Shown here: positions 37,705-47,222 of the stretch, piece by piece
How positions within the stretch are numbered: the first letter of the stretch is position 1
How the letters are laid out: each line of letters opens with the position of its first letter
From: an uncultured Gemmatimonadales bacterium
Lineage (GTDB): Bacteria > Gemmatimonadota > Gemmatimonadetes > Longimicrobiales > RSA9
Assembly: GCA_963741945.1 (NCBI GenBank)
Contig: CAVUKA010000005.1
Span: 288,001-352,000 of the forward strand
Reading direction: 5' to 3'
DNA length: 64,000 bases
The notes under the pieces: model-generated
What the model was told of the DNA's origin: nothing
Seen by the model: the letters and a program-made list of their open reading frames with translations, nothing else
Database searches by the model: none
Made by a program: the position numbers and the translations under genes

Positions 37705-40167
37705 TCACCAACCGGGATCGGCCGTGTAAACCTTGAAGTTGTCCTCGAAGATTTGCGTGGCCTCCTCGAACCCGCTGTTCGCCGCACCCCACAGGTACCC
37801 GGCCTCGAAATACGGCGCGGGCGTGTCTGTCCCGCCCTCCGGGTACAGGTTGAGTCCACTCTGGTCGAAGATGAGGGCGCTTCCTATCCACGCCTGAATG
37901 ACACCCTCACCGGGACCGGACCCCACTTTGACGTGAAGCCGGAATGTGGTGTACTGGCCGCGCAACAGCGCGGTCCCCGAACTCGCGATGCCGGGGCTGA
38001 CGTATGTGGCCGTGCCGCCAACGTTGCTAGTGCCCAGGTTGTACGAGGAGGGCCCGCCGCTGGGGTTTGCCAGGAACCGGAACTTCGAGTCTCCCGTCTC
38101 CATACCAGAGGTGTTGTCCGGACGGAACTCGATAACGAGCTTGGCTCGGTTGTCACCTCCATACTCCCGTCCCCACAGTGCAAAGAACTTGTTGTTGTTG
38201 TGACCGTCGGGCGGTGTGATGTGCCTGTAGTTGGCGCCAATGTAGATGTGGCGTTCGATCCAAAGCTCGGAGTAGTGGCCGCGGAGGTTGAAGTTCGCTT
38301 CGTTGTTGGCATTGCCACCCGGAAGGGTGGAGGCCGGATAGCTCCGATCCAGTGCGTAGCTGCCGGTTTCAGGCTGGACCGTGGAACGATGGTTAGCCAA
38401 GCCGGAAACCCAGGAAAATCCCGAAGGCGCACCGAAATAGTCAGCATTCTCGAAGCCGTCGGTCACTATCAACCCGGTTGGCGCTTGACTCTCGTGAACG
38501 TCGATCGTAGCCGACGCAGACAAACCAGAGAACGAGCCACGTACGATGGCGGACCCCGCCGCCACCCCGCGGACGAGTCCCGCATCCATAATCATGGCCA
38601 CTGCCGGGTTCGAACTGGCCCACGTTGGAGTGGCGGTCATCGTGTTGCCGTTGGCGTCTTGTACGACGGTCGCCAACTGCACCGCCTCCCCCACGGCTAG
38701 AGAGGACACTGTGGGCGATAAAGTGATCGTCGCCGCCACCTGGTGGACCGTGACTGCCACCGTATCCGCGGCCGAGCAGCAAAGCGCTGCCACGACCACG
38801 GACGCGGTCCCGACGCTGCGGGCTGTCAAGAGTCCCATGCTATCCACCGTGACCACTGAGGCGTTCGAGCTCGACCACCCGAAGCTAACCTCACTCACCG
38901 TTCCTCCGGAACCGTCGAGCGCCGTGGCGCTCAGGCGAGCGGTGTCGCCGAGGGCCGTGAATGCGAGCGCGGCCTTGCTGACCTGGACCCGCGCCACGTC
39001 GACAGTCGGTGGGGGCGGTGTCGTCGCCACGACGTTGACACTGGCCTTGCCCGACAGCGTTCCGGCTTTCGCCGTGATCGTGGCGGAGCCCGCGCCCACT
39101 CCCTTCACCTTGCCATCGGAGCCGACCGTTGCCGCCGCTGCGTTGCTCGACGAGAACGTGGCGCCGCCGACCGGGTGCCCCTGATTGTCCTTGACGGACA
39201 GCTGGACGGTCTGACCCACGTCCACGCTGACCTCGCCAGGATCGAGCACGAGGCTGGTGGCCGGGGGCGGTGAAACGGTGATGGCGATCTGATCCGACTT
39301 CCCGCAGCACGGCGCGCTCACGGTGATGGTCGCGCTCCCATCGGCCACGGCCGTGATCCGGCCGTTCTTGTCGACGGTCGCTACGGACGCGTTGGAGCTG
39401 CTCCAGTCGAACGCGATGCCGTGGACCACGTTGCCGCTGGCGTCGAGCGCGTCCGCACTGGCGTCGAGCACGTCGCCGAGGGCCTTGAACTGATAGCTGT
39501 CGACAGAGGCCCGGATCTCCGAAACCTCCGTGTTGGTCTTGCCGCGCACCTTGACGTCCGCCTGCGCCCGCACGGCGCCGACCGATACCTCGACGGCGGT
39601 GGTCCCTTCCCCCTTCGCCGAAACGACGCCATCGTCGCTCACCGCGGCCACCGTTCCGTCCTGGGTCGTGAAGGTGAGGCCCTGGATCGCGTTGCCATTC
39701 GCGTCCTCGGCCCGGGCGTCGATGCGCAGGGTGTCACCCACGTCCATCTCCGCCTGGTCAGGAGTGACGAGGAGAACGGTCGGAACCTGTTCGATCGTGA
39801 CTTCCACCTTCTTCGACACGTCGCAGCAGCGGGCCTTGACCGTGACCTGGGCCTGCCCCGTTGCCCTGGACGTCACCACCCCGGCGCCGCTGACCGCCGC
39901 GATCGCCGGATCGGTGCTCGACCACTGCAGATCGGGCTCGGCAATCGGGTCACCGATCGCGTTCAGGACCGTGGCCGTCAACTGTCTCGAATCGCTGAGC
40001 GCGGTGAAATGCACCGAGCTCGTGTTCACCTGCAGATCAGCCTGGAGCTGAGGCTCGAGAAAGCTGTCACATGCGGTCATTCCCGCGAACGCCAGTACGG
40101 CGCCCAGGAGGCTGATGATCTTATGGAAATGGATCCGGCCGGTCTCGCTCGCCAGGGTCGGCATCAA
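37705..40167 (-). CDS. Lipoprotein with six Big_2-type Ig-like repeats and a C-terminal beta-sandwich domain
   Basis: Lipobox AGMTAC; repeats with WSSS(N/D)..VA.V...G.(V/I).A...G.A.(I/V); C-terminal ~240-aa aromatic-rich domain. Confidence 0.85.
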   Translation of the reverse strand: MMPTLASETGRIHFHKIISLLGAVLAFAGMTACDSFLEPQLQADLQVNTSSVHFTALSDSRQLTATVLNAIGDPIAEPDLQWSSTDPAIAAVSGAGVVTSRATGQAQVTVKARCCDVSKKVEVTIEQVPTVLLVTPDQAEMDVGDTLRIDARAEDANGNAIQGLTFTTQDGTVAAVSDDGVVSAKGEGTTAVEVSVGAVRAQADVKVRGKTNTEVSEIRASVDSYQFKALGDVLDASADALDASGNVVHGIAFDWSSSNASVATVDKNGRITAVADGSATITVSAPCCGKSDQIAITVSPPPATSLVLDPGEVSVDVGQTVQLSVKDNQGHPVGGATFSSSNAAAATVGSDGKVKGVGAGSATITAKAGTLSGKASVNVVATTPPPPTVDVARVQVSKAALAFTALGDTARLSATALDGSGGTVSEVSFGWSSSNASVVTVDSMGLLTARSVGTASVVVAALCCSAADTVAVTVHQVAATITLSPTVSSLAVGEAVQLATVVQDANGNTMTATPTWASSNPAVAMIMDAGLVRGVAAGSAIVRGSFSGLSASATIDVHESQAPTGLIVTDGFENADYFGAPSGFSWVSGLANHRSTVQPETGSYALDRSYPASTLPGGNANNEANFNLRGHYSELWIERHIYIGANYRHITPPDGHNNNKFFALWGREYGGDNRAKLVIEFRPDNTSGMETGDSKFRFLANPSGGPSSYNLGTSNVGGTATYVSPGIASSGTALLRGQYTTFRLHVKVGSGPGEGVIQAWIGSALIFDQSGLNLYPEGGTDTPAPYFEAGYLWGAANSGFEEATQIFEDNFKVYTADPGW

Positions 40168-40384
40168 CCCGGTCTCCTGAATTCATGAGGTGTCCCGATG
40201 TATTCATGGCAGTCGGACTGCCGCGGGCACCCAGGAGCAAGCGCGGTGCACGAGGAGAGAGTGAACGCTGAAGATGGCTGTACCACGGGCCGAATCAGCC
40301 CCGGGACCTCATTTGAGTCTGGAGTCCCGACTGCCGAAACGCGCAATCATTTCGGAACTGACGAACTGTTTTCCGGGCCCGACG

Positions 40385-41617
40385 TCAGCCGGAAAGGAGC
40401 TTCTCGTAGGCGGGAATCATGCTACGGCCGATCACTTCCCAATCGTACTGCTCCTCGGCGGTCTGGCGGGCGGCGTGGCCGAGCCGTGTCCGCAGAGAAG
40501 CATCGGTCAGAACCGAGCTGACCGCTGCGGCGAACTCTGCCGGATCGTCGCGAATCAGGATGTTCTCGCCATCACGGGCATCCAGTCCTTCACAGCCGAC
40601 GCTCGTGCTCACCACCGCTTTGCCCATGGCCCAGGCGTCCAGGACCTTCAGGCGCGTCCCCCCGCCCACGCGCAGGGGAACGACGTAGCAGGCCGCGCGC
40701 CCCACGTGCGGTTGGATCGAATCCACGTAACCCGTGAGCTCAATGCCGTGCTGGAGGCGATAACGCTCCCGCACGTGTTCGGGCGCACGGCCGAGCCAGC
40801 GGACGGGGACCCGCGGACCCTTCTGGCTCCGGATGACCGGCAGGATCTCTGTCGCGAAATAGTGCAGGGCATCGCGGTTCGGGAACCAGGTGTATCCGCC
40901 GACGAACACGATGCCGTCCTCACCGTCCGCCCGAGGGCGGAACAGTTGAGTGTCGACGCCGTTCGGGACCACCTGAACCCGAGCGCCTGGCGCGATCTCC
41001 TGGAGGGCGACGGCGTCTGCGGGGGAAACAGCGACGTTCAGGGCGACACGGGGAGCCCATCGGGCCTCCTCCCGCAGCATGAGCCCGGCCTGGTGGCGAA
41101 GGTACGAACGCCGAGTCCCGGACTGCTGCGCCGCCCGCCGGCGCAGCAGCTCCGACTCGATGTTGTGATGCGTGCAGATCGTCGGCACTCCATCGACCTC
41201 CGGCAGATACCCGGAGAGATCCAGGCTGTCCATGTGCACCAGCTCGAACTCCCCCGTGCGCACCAGGTCGCGCAGGCGCCGGCGAAACGGGTCCGAGCGG
41301 TACGCGTGCACCGTGTACACCCGTCCCGAGATGACGCTACGCAGGTGGTCCAGGAGCAACTGTGGTCGGGAGTGCTCCTGGGGGATCGGGAAGGCTTCCA
41401 CGCGCCCCAGCTCGTTCAATGCAGCGACGCTTCGCTCCACGTTCGGCGCAGTCGGATGGATCGCCCGTCGGTAAAAGCAGAGCGCGTGGACATGATACTG
41501 CCGTGCAAGGAGCCGAAAGATGTTGTACGTCCGGATCTGCACACCCCCGTCAGGGGGATAGGGGAGCGTCTGGGCCAGGAAGAGAATCTGCGGCTTGCCT
41601 CCTGCTACATTACTCAT
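40385..41617 (-). CDS. Glycosyltransferase family 4 (PEP-CTERM-locus type)
   Basis: LPYPPDGG..IR, HNIES, VPNGVD, WFPNRDA, PLRVGGGTRLKVLDAWAMG, GCEGL. Confidence 0.92.
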   Translation of the reverse strand: MSNVAGGKPQILFLAQTLPYPPDGGVQIRTYNIFRLLARQYHVHALCFYRRAIHPTAPNVERSVAALNELGRVEAFPIPQEHSRPQLLLDHLRSVISGRVYTVHAYRSDPFRRRLRDLVRTGEFELVHMDSLDLSGYLPEVDGVPTICTHHNIESELLRRRAAQQSGTRRSYLRHQAGLMLREEARWAPRVALNVAVSPADAVALQEIAPGARVQVVPNGVDTQLFRPRADGEDGIVFVGGYTWFPNRDALHYFATEILPVIRSQKGPRVPVRWLGRAPEHVRERYRLQHGIELTGYVDSIQPHVGRAACYVVPLRVGGGTRLKVLDAWAMGKAVVSTSVGCEGLDARDGENILIRDDPAEFAAAVSSVLTDASLRTRLGHAARQTAEEQYDWEVIGRSMIPAYEKLLSG

Positions 41618-41628
41618 GGTATCGGGCC

Positions 41629-43041
41629 TTACCGGTCCCAGTTGAAGCGCAGGGCATGAGGTACCCGCGAGACCACCCAACGGAACTTTCCCGAGGGCTC
41701 CCGGGGAATGTTCTCGACCCGCTCGATCTCGACCCTCATGCCCTTCCCGACCCGGTCCATCAGTGCCCGGAGCAGCCCCGCCTCCTCTTTCGGACCGAAC
41801 GACTCTCCCGCCACTACGTAGACATCAAGCCTGTCAGGCGCCGTCTGCACTATCTGCGACTCCCGGATCTGATCGAATGGCTTGAACGGGTGGGTTAGCA
41901 CCGAGGGTGACAGGAAGCGGCCGTCGGCTGTGACTATGATGTCCTCGGCCTTCGTCGTGATATCTTCGATACGACGGAGGGTCCTTCCGCAGGGGCACGG
42001 ATCCTCGATCATGGCGGAGACGTCGCTCGTCCGATACCGGATCAGCGGCATGGCGGTGTTGTGGAAGGATGTTCCCACCAGAAAGCCGACCTCACCAGGT
42101 TCCACAGGATTATCCTCCTGGTCGACCACCTCGGTGTAGCCGTATTCGTCCGCGAGGTGCTTCCCCGAGTGGTGCTCGCACTCGGCCGCGAAGATCGTGC
42201 GCTCGGCATGACCATAGAAGTCGAAGATCGGGCAGCCGAACGCGGCCTCGATCGCTTCTCGCTGCACGTCGTGGAGCGTCTCGGAGGACGTGAACACGGA
42301 TGCCATTGGCAGAGTCTCGCCGTGGTCGCGAAGATGGCGGGCGATAATGTAGAGGGTGGACGGGTAGCCCTCGAGAAACCGCAGACCTCGCCGCCTGATC
42401 TCTCCTACGTAGGCACCCAGATTTCGAGGCTGGAGATGAAAGCTCGAAAACCACACCTGCCGTTGCACGTGGTTGGCCCGCCAGAAGGGAGGCTCGTCCT
42501 GCTTTGTCGGGACGATCACTCGCCCCAGGAATACGCCGATCCAGTCGCCATCGCGGAGCCCACCCCACGCCTTCTGGCGAGCATCCACGGCATTGGTCAT
42601 GATGCAGGTGCTGCGATCGTACCACAGGGAGAGCGGAGCGCCCGTGGTTCCGCTGGTGTGGCCGTGGAGCCACCCCTTTACGGGTCTTTCCGCGCTCCGC
42701 ATCTCGGGGCCGTGGGCTCGCACCTCCTCCTTGGTCAAAATCGGCAGGCGGGACCAGTCGCCTGCACCCTGTAGTCCCTCGGCATCGATGCCGTGCTCCA
42801 CGAGCCTGCGAGCGTAGAAAGGACTCCGGGTCGCCGCAAAGCGGAGTATTTCCCGCAGCTTCCGGTCGCGGACGGCATCGAGGTCCTCGCGCGGCGCCCG
42901 TTCGCTCTGAAGAAGGTCCCGCAGAGCCCGTCGGAACGGCGGCCCGTAGCGGTGCGCCTCGATTCGAAGGGCATGGGCGTTCAGGAGGATCTTCTGCGCC
43001 CAGATTGGGGCATGCCGATACAACTTTTCAGCAGCACTCAC
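41629..43041 (-). CDS. Phenylacetate-CoA ligase-like adenylate-forming enzyme (CapK-like)
   Basis: LPILTKEEVR, HTSGTTGAP, GYPS, FYGHAE, MPLIRYRTSD, CPCGR, SGKFR. Confidence 0.9.
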   Translation of the reverse strand: MSAAEKLYRHAPIWAQKILLNAHALRIEAHRYGPPFRRALRDLLQSERAPREDLDAVRDRKLREILRFAATRSPFYARRLVEHGIDAEGLQGAGDWSRLPILTKEEVRAHGPEMRSAERPVKGWLHGHTSGTTGAPLSLWYDRSTCIMTNAVDARQKAWGGLRDGDWIGVFLGRVIVPTKQDEPPFWRANHVQRQVWFSSFHLQPRNLGAYVGEIRRRGLRFLEGYPSTLYIIARHLRDHGETLPMASVFTSSETLHDVQREAIEAAFGCPIFDFYGHAERTIFAAECEHHSGKHLADEYGYTEVVDQEDNPVEPGEVGFLVGTSFHNTAMPLIRYRTSDVSAMIEDPCPCGRTLRRIEDITTKAEDIIVTADGRFLSPSVLTHPFKPFDQIRESQIVQTAPDRLDVYVVAGESFGPKEEAGLLRALMDRVGKGMRVEIERVENIPREPSGKFRWVVSRVPHALRFNWDR

Positions 43042-43277
43042 TCGTCGACTGCATGTCCTGTGGAAAGATCCGGTGGCCGGAGGAGGCGTTCAGGTCAAGA
43101 TACCATCGGCCATCGAGAAGGAGAACGGTCGCGTTCGCCTGCTGTAGCATGGCAGCAGAAGTGTCTCGCTTCTGGTGCAGCAGAAATGAAAGGTGCAGGA
43201 TGTAACGTGGGGCGCCGGGACTCGGACGGAGCGGGGAATCGCTCGCATGCGTCTAGGCAGAAATGCGGCGCGTGCAG

Positions 43278-44042
43278 TCATTGATCGGTTGAAGAACGGG
43301 AAGATGAGCCTGGTTGGGAACGACGGGGGGCATCAGCCTTCCGCTCCTCGTACTCATAGCCGAAGTAGGCGATTTCGCGGGCGAACATCCTGGCGATCTT
43401 GTCCCTGTCCGGCGGTGACAGCAGTTCCGAATAGCGCCGCTTGTCCTTCCGGGCTTTCGCCTTTGTTCTCGGCAGCACCGGGACCTCGGGAAGGTCCAGT
43501 CGTCCCGCCAGATCCGTCAGGCTGTCGTTCAATCGCTCATAGCGATACACCCGGTCCACCACGATCTCGTTTCGAACGGAATACAGCTCGAAGCCACGGA
43601 TCCAGTTGGCGTGTCCCGACTGTGTCCATTCCGAAAGCCCCTTCATCGAAGGCGACAATCCCCTCCACGCGGCGTTCCAGTAGTAGGCGGACACGACCTT
43701 GTCCCATGGATTGCGCTCGAACGCGAACTTGAAATACTCTTTCCAGACCTCCGGAGCCACGTACTGCCGGATGAACGAAGCCCCCGCGTGGTTGAAGAAA
43801 TGTAGGCGCTGCCGGCGGTATGCTGCGCGTAGAACATCGCCTGCGCCGTAGCGCCTGAACGGAATGTGGTAGTTCTGGGCGCCGCGGTAGCCCAGCGCAG
43901 CCCGCTTCTGCTCATCTTCCGGGACCAGCGGCGTGATCACGTCATGGGGGCCGCAATATTTCGACAGGGCGATCTCGAGGCTCGTCCCCGCGGTCTTCTC
44001 CGTCTTGATGAAGATGAACCTGTGCTTGTGGGAGAGGATCAT
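43278..44042 (-). CDS. Sulfotransferase family 2 protein
   Basis: ILSHKHRFIFIKTEKTAGTS (5'-PSB), FKFAFERNPWDKVVSAY (3'-PB), RYERL, FGY. Confidence 0.88.
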   Translation of the reverse strand: MILSHKHRFIFIKTEKTAGTSLEIALSKYCGPHDVITPLVPEDEQKRAALGYRGAQNYHIPFRRYGAGDVLRAAYRRQRLHFFNHAGASFIRQYVAPEVWKEYFKFAFERNPWDKVVSAYYWNAAWRGLSPSMKGLSEWTQSGHANWIRGFELYSVRNEIVVDRVYRYERLNDSLTDLAGRLDLPEVPVLPRTKAKARKDKRRYSELLSPPDRDKIARMFAREIAYFGYEYEERKADAPRRSQPGSSSRSSTDQ

Positions 44043-44282
44043 GGGTTCTCGCGGTGGCTCGCCTGGGATCACGGGACACGGATACAAGGATCAGGCCTGG
44101 GAGCGACGCTAGACATAGTGCGCCCCGTAGAACAGCGCGGTCAAGCGAAGCCACATGGCCGCCGGCGCGCCGCGGGGCGGCCTCCGACGCCGCTCTCGCA
44201 CTGACCGGCAGTTGGCAGAACCCGGCCGCTCGGCTACACTACCACGCCTCGACGCTCGAGCACGACCAGCCTCTTGTGATCC

Positions 44283-45167
44283 ATGCCGAAGAAGCCCAAC
44301 CTGTTTCTCATCGGGGCGGCGAAGTCCGGCACGACCTCGCTGCACCATCTCCTGAGCACTCACCCCGCGATCTTCCTGAGTGAGCCCAAGGAACCCGGGT
44401 TCTTCGTGCCGGAGCTGACGTACTATCCCGCGGACGCCGACTGGTACATGAGCCTGTTCGCGGCCGCCGGCAATGCGGTCTATCGCGGGGAATCGAGCAC
44501 CCATTACACGAAGCTTCCCTTGTATCGGGGCGTGGCGGCGCGCATCGCGGCATTCGTGGACGAGCCGCCCCGGTTCATCTATCTGATGCGGGATCCCGTC
44601 GACCGCACCCTGAGCCACTACTGGCACAACGTCCGGAAGCACCAGGAACACCGCCCTCTGGAGGCCGCGTTCCGGGAGGTGCCGGAGTACACGGCGGTGA
44701 GCGATTACCCGATGCAGCTGGCGCCGTACTTCGAGGAGTTCGGCCGGGACGCTGTGTTCGCCGCTACCTTCGAGGAGCTGGTCGCCGAACCGGATCGCAC
44801 AGTGCGGAGCCTCCTGAGCTGGCTCGGGCTGGACCCGGCGCTCCCGAGGGGAGGGCTGGAAAAACGCAATGCGCGACCCGAACGCTTCACCCGGCTCCGC
44901 GGCCGCGGCCGGCTGGACCGGTTCGCCCGGTCCCGGCTGTGGGATCGTCTATCCCCTGGCGTCCCGCAGTGGATCAAGGCTCTCGGCCGCCGGGCGGGCT
45001 ACCGCCCTGCCGCACCCGACGAGGAAGCAATGGAACGGGCGGTGGAGCAGCTGCGGCCGGAGATGCGCGCCATGGCCGAGCGCCTGGGGGTGCTGCTCGG
45101 CCGGTCCTTCCAGGATTGGACCACCACCTTTTCCGCGGAGCCCGCTCGGACGGGGCCCGACGATTGA
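44283..45167 (+). CDS. Sulfotransferase
   Basis: PNLFLIGAAKSGTTSL, KEPGFF, GESSTHY, MRDPVDRTLSHY. Confidence 0.92.
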   Translation: MPKKPNLFLIGAAKSGTTSLHHLLSTHPAIFLSEPKEPGFFVPELTYYPADADWYMSLFAAAGNAVYRGESSTHYTKLPLYRGVAARIAAFVDEPPRFIYLMRDPVDRTLSHYWHNVRKHQEHRPLEAAFREVPEYTAVSDYPMQLAPYFEEFGRDAVFAATFEELVAEPDRTVRSLLSWLGLDPALPRGGLEKRNARPERFTRLRGRGRLDRFARSRLWDRLSPGVPQWIKALGRRAGYRPAAPDEEAMERAVEQLRPEMRAMAERLGVLLGRSFQDWTTTFSAEPARTGPDD

Positions 45168-45180
45168 CCGCGCGGTGAGC

Positions 45181-46344
45181 ATGCCGGGTGTCTGCATCTA
45201 TCAGCGATACATGCCGCCGGATGCCAGTGGCGCGGGGAAACAGGCGCTGACCCTGGCGCACATCGTTCGGGAAGCGGGGTGGGACGTATCGCTGCTCACG
45301 GACGGCGCCCCCGACCAAGCATCGACCGGGTTCCTCGAGGGGGTGCCCATCCGGCGGGTGGCGGCCCTCCCGGCGGACGCGTCCCATGCTGTCACGCTCG
45401 CCTATTGGGCCCGGATCGCCCGAGCATTGCACGGCCTCCGTCGCCGGTTTGATGTGCTCCACGTCCATTCCGCGGCGTTCCATCAGGCGGGAGCGATCCC
45501 GGCGGCCAGAGCATTGGGCAAGCGAGTCCTCGTGAGATCCAGCCTTTCGGGGGAGTTCGCCGGGCTTGCCCGCTCCCGGAGCGGGCGTTTTCAGAAGCGC
45601 CTGCTCCGCCTGGCCGGGGCGTTCGTGGTCCTGAGCAAGCGGCTCGGCGAGGAGTACCTCGCCAGTGGCCTGCCGCCGGGCAGGCTGCACCGCATCCCCA
45701 ACGGAGTGGACACCACCGTGTATCACCCGGTCCCCGACCCTCGGAAGAGGGAGCTCCGGCGGGAACTCGGCCTGCCGACTGACGGGCGGCTGATGGTCTT
45801 CCACGGCGTGTTCATGGAGCGGAAGTCTCTGCACTGGCTGGTGCAGGTGCTGGATCCGCATCTCGAGTTCCTGGACCTGAAGCTCCTGCTGGTGGGAGGA
45901 GCCGCCCGCGACGAGCACAGAACAGCGTACGCTCGGCGGCTGACATCGCAGATCGACGAGTCAGCGGCCGGAGACCGGATCATCGTCCGCGGATACGACC
46001 CCGAGGTCCACCGGTACCTACAGGCGGCCGACTCGTACATCCTCCCCTCCACGGGCGAAGGCCTGTCCAACGCGCTGCTGGAGGCCATGGCCGTGGGACT
46101 CACGCCCGTCGTCACCCGGACGGGCGGGTCGGAGGACGTCATCGAGGACGGCATCTCGGGCCTCCTGTTCGATCCGCGTGACCCCGATTCGCTCCTCCAG
46201 GCCCTCTACGCCGCCTACGGCACATCCCCGTCCGTGGACCCGGTGGCCATCGGCCGGGCGGCCGCGGAGCGAGTCGAGAAGCGGTTCAGCATCCGGTCCA
46301 CGGGGATGGAGTACGTCCGCCTGTATCAGGAGCTGACGGCATGA
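45181..46344 (+). CDS. Glycosyltransferase family 4
   Basis: SGAGKQA, IPNGVD, LPSTGEGLSNALLEAMAVG, TRTGG. Confidence 0.9.
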   Translation: MPGVCIYQRYMPPDASGAGKQALTLAHIVREAGWDVSLLTDGAPDQASTGFLEGVPIRRVAALPADASHAVTLAYWARIARALHGLRRRFDVLHVHSAAFHQAGAIPAARALGKRVLVRSSLSGEFAGLARSRSGRFQKRLLRLAGAFVVLSKRLGEEYLASGLPPGRLHRIPNGVDTTVYHPVPDPRKRELRRELGLPTDGRLMVFHGVFMERKSLHWLVQVLDPHLEFLDLKLLLVGGAARDEHRTAYARRLTSQIDESAAGDRIIVRGYDPEVHRYLQAADSYILPSTGEGLSNALLEAMAVGLTPVVTRTGGSEDVIEDGISGLLFDPRDPDSLLQALYAAYGTSPSVDPVAIGRAAAERVEKRFSIRSTGMEYVRLYQELTA

Positions 46345-47222
46345 CGCGGGAAGCGAAGCCGCCGGTGCAAGACGGCCCCGATTTCGTCTGCATCGGCGCG
46401 CAGAAGGCCGGTACCACCTGGCTCTACGACAACCTCGCCATCCAGCCGGGGATATGGCTCCCGCCCGTGAAGGAGCTCCATTTCTTCAACACCATCTGCG
46501 CCAACGAGGAGCTGCTGGGTGTGGAAGAGCGCAGCTGGACGGGGCTGCGAGAGCGGTATTCGCCTCTCCTCCAGCGGCCCTCACCCTCCGTCTGGCGCTG
46601 GCTCCGCCGGTTCTACGACGAACCGCGGACCACGCGCTGGTATCGATCCCTCTTCCCGGCCGGGCTGGTCCGGGGCCGACTCGCCGGCGACATCACGCCG
46701 GCCTACTCCACCCTCGACGAACGCGGCGTGTCCCTCGCGCGCCGCGTCCTCAGGCCCGGAGCCCGCCTCCTCCTGCTCGTCCGGGATCCCGTGGACCGGG
46801 TCTGGTCCGGGCTCAAGATGATGTATCGGTGGAAGGGGCGGGATGTTCAGGAGACGGACCTGGACGCCTTCCTGGCGCAGATGGATCACCCGACCCACCG
46901 CCTGCGAACCGATTATCCGCGCATGGTCCGCCTCTGGCGCGCGGCTTTCGGTGACGACTTCCAGGTCTTCCTCTACGACCGGCTCGTTGCGGCGCCTGGC
47001 GATTTCCTCCGCGCCGTGGGTGACCACATAGGTCTGGAAGGGACGCTGGACACATCGCGGCTGCGTCGGCGGTCGAACCGCGATCCGTCGAGCCTCCCGA
47101 TCCCGCCGGAGCTGGAAGCGATCCTGCGCGACCGCTTCCTCCCTCAGGTCGAGGAGCTGGCCGCGCTCGTCCCCGGCGTGGAGGAAGCATGGCTGGAACG
47201 GGGTGCCAGCAGCTCGTCATAG
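46341..47222 (+). CDS. Sulfotransferase
   Basis: PDFVCIGAQKAGTTWL, KELHFF, GDITPAY, RDPVDRVWS; ATGA overlap. Confidence 0.92.
   Translation: MTREAKPPVQDGPDFVCIGAQKAGTTWLYDNLAIQPGIWLPPVKELHFFNTICANEELLGVEERSWTGLRERYSPLLQRPSPSVWRWLRRFYDEPRTTRWYRSLFPAGLVRGRLAGDITPAYSTLDERGVSLARRVLRPGARLLLLVRDPVDRVWSGLKMMYRWKGRDVQETDLDAFLAQMDHPTHRLRTDYPRMVRLWRAAFGDDFQVFLYDRLVAAPGDFLRAVGDHIGLEGTLDTSRLRRRSNRDPSSLPIPPELEAILRDRFLPQVEELAALVPGVEEAWLERGASSSS

Noticed and set aside
47144-47222. Convergent 3' overlaps here and at 35009-35037
   Set aside because: Common in high-GC genomes where stop codons are scarce; tails are low complexity.
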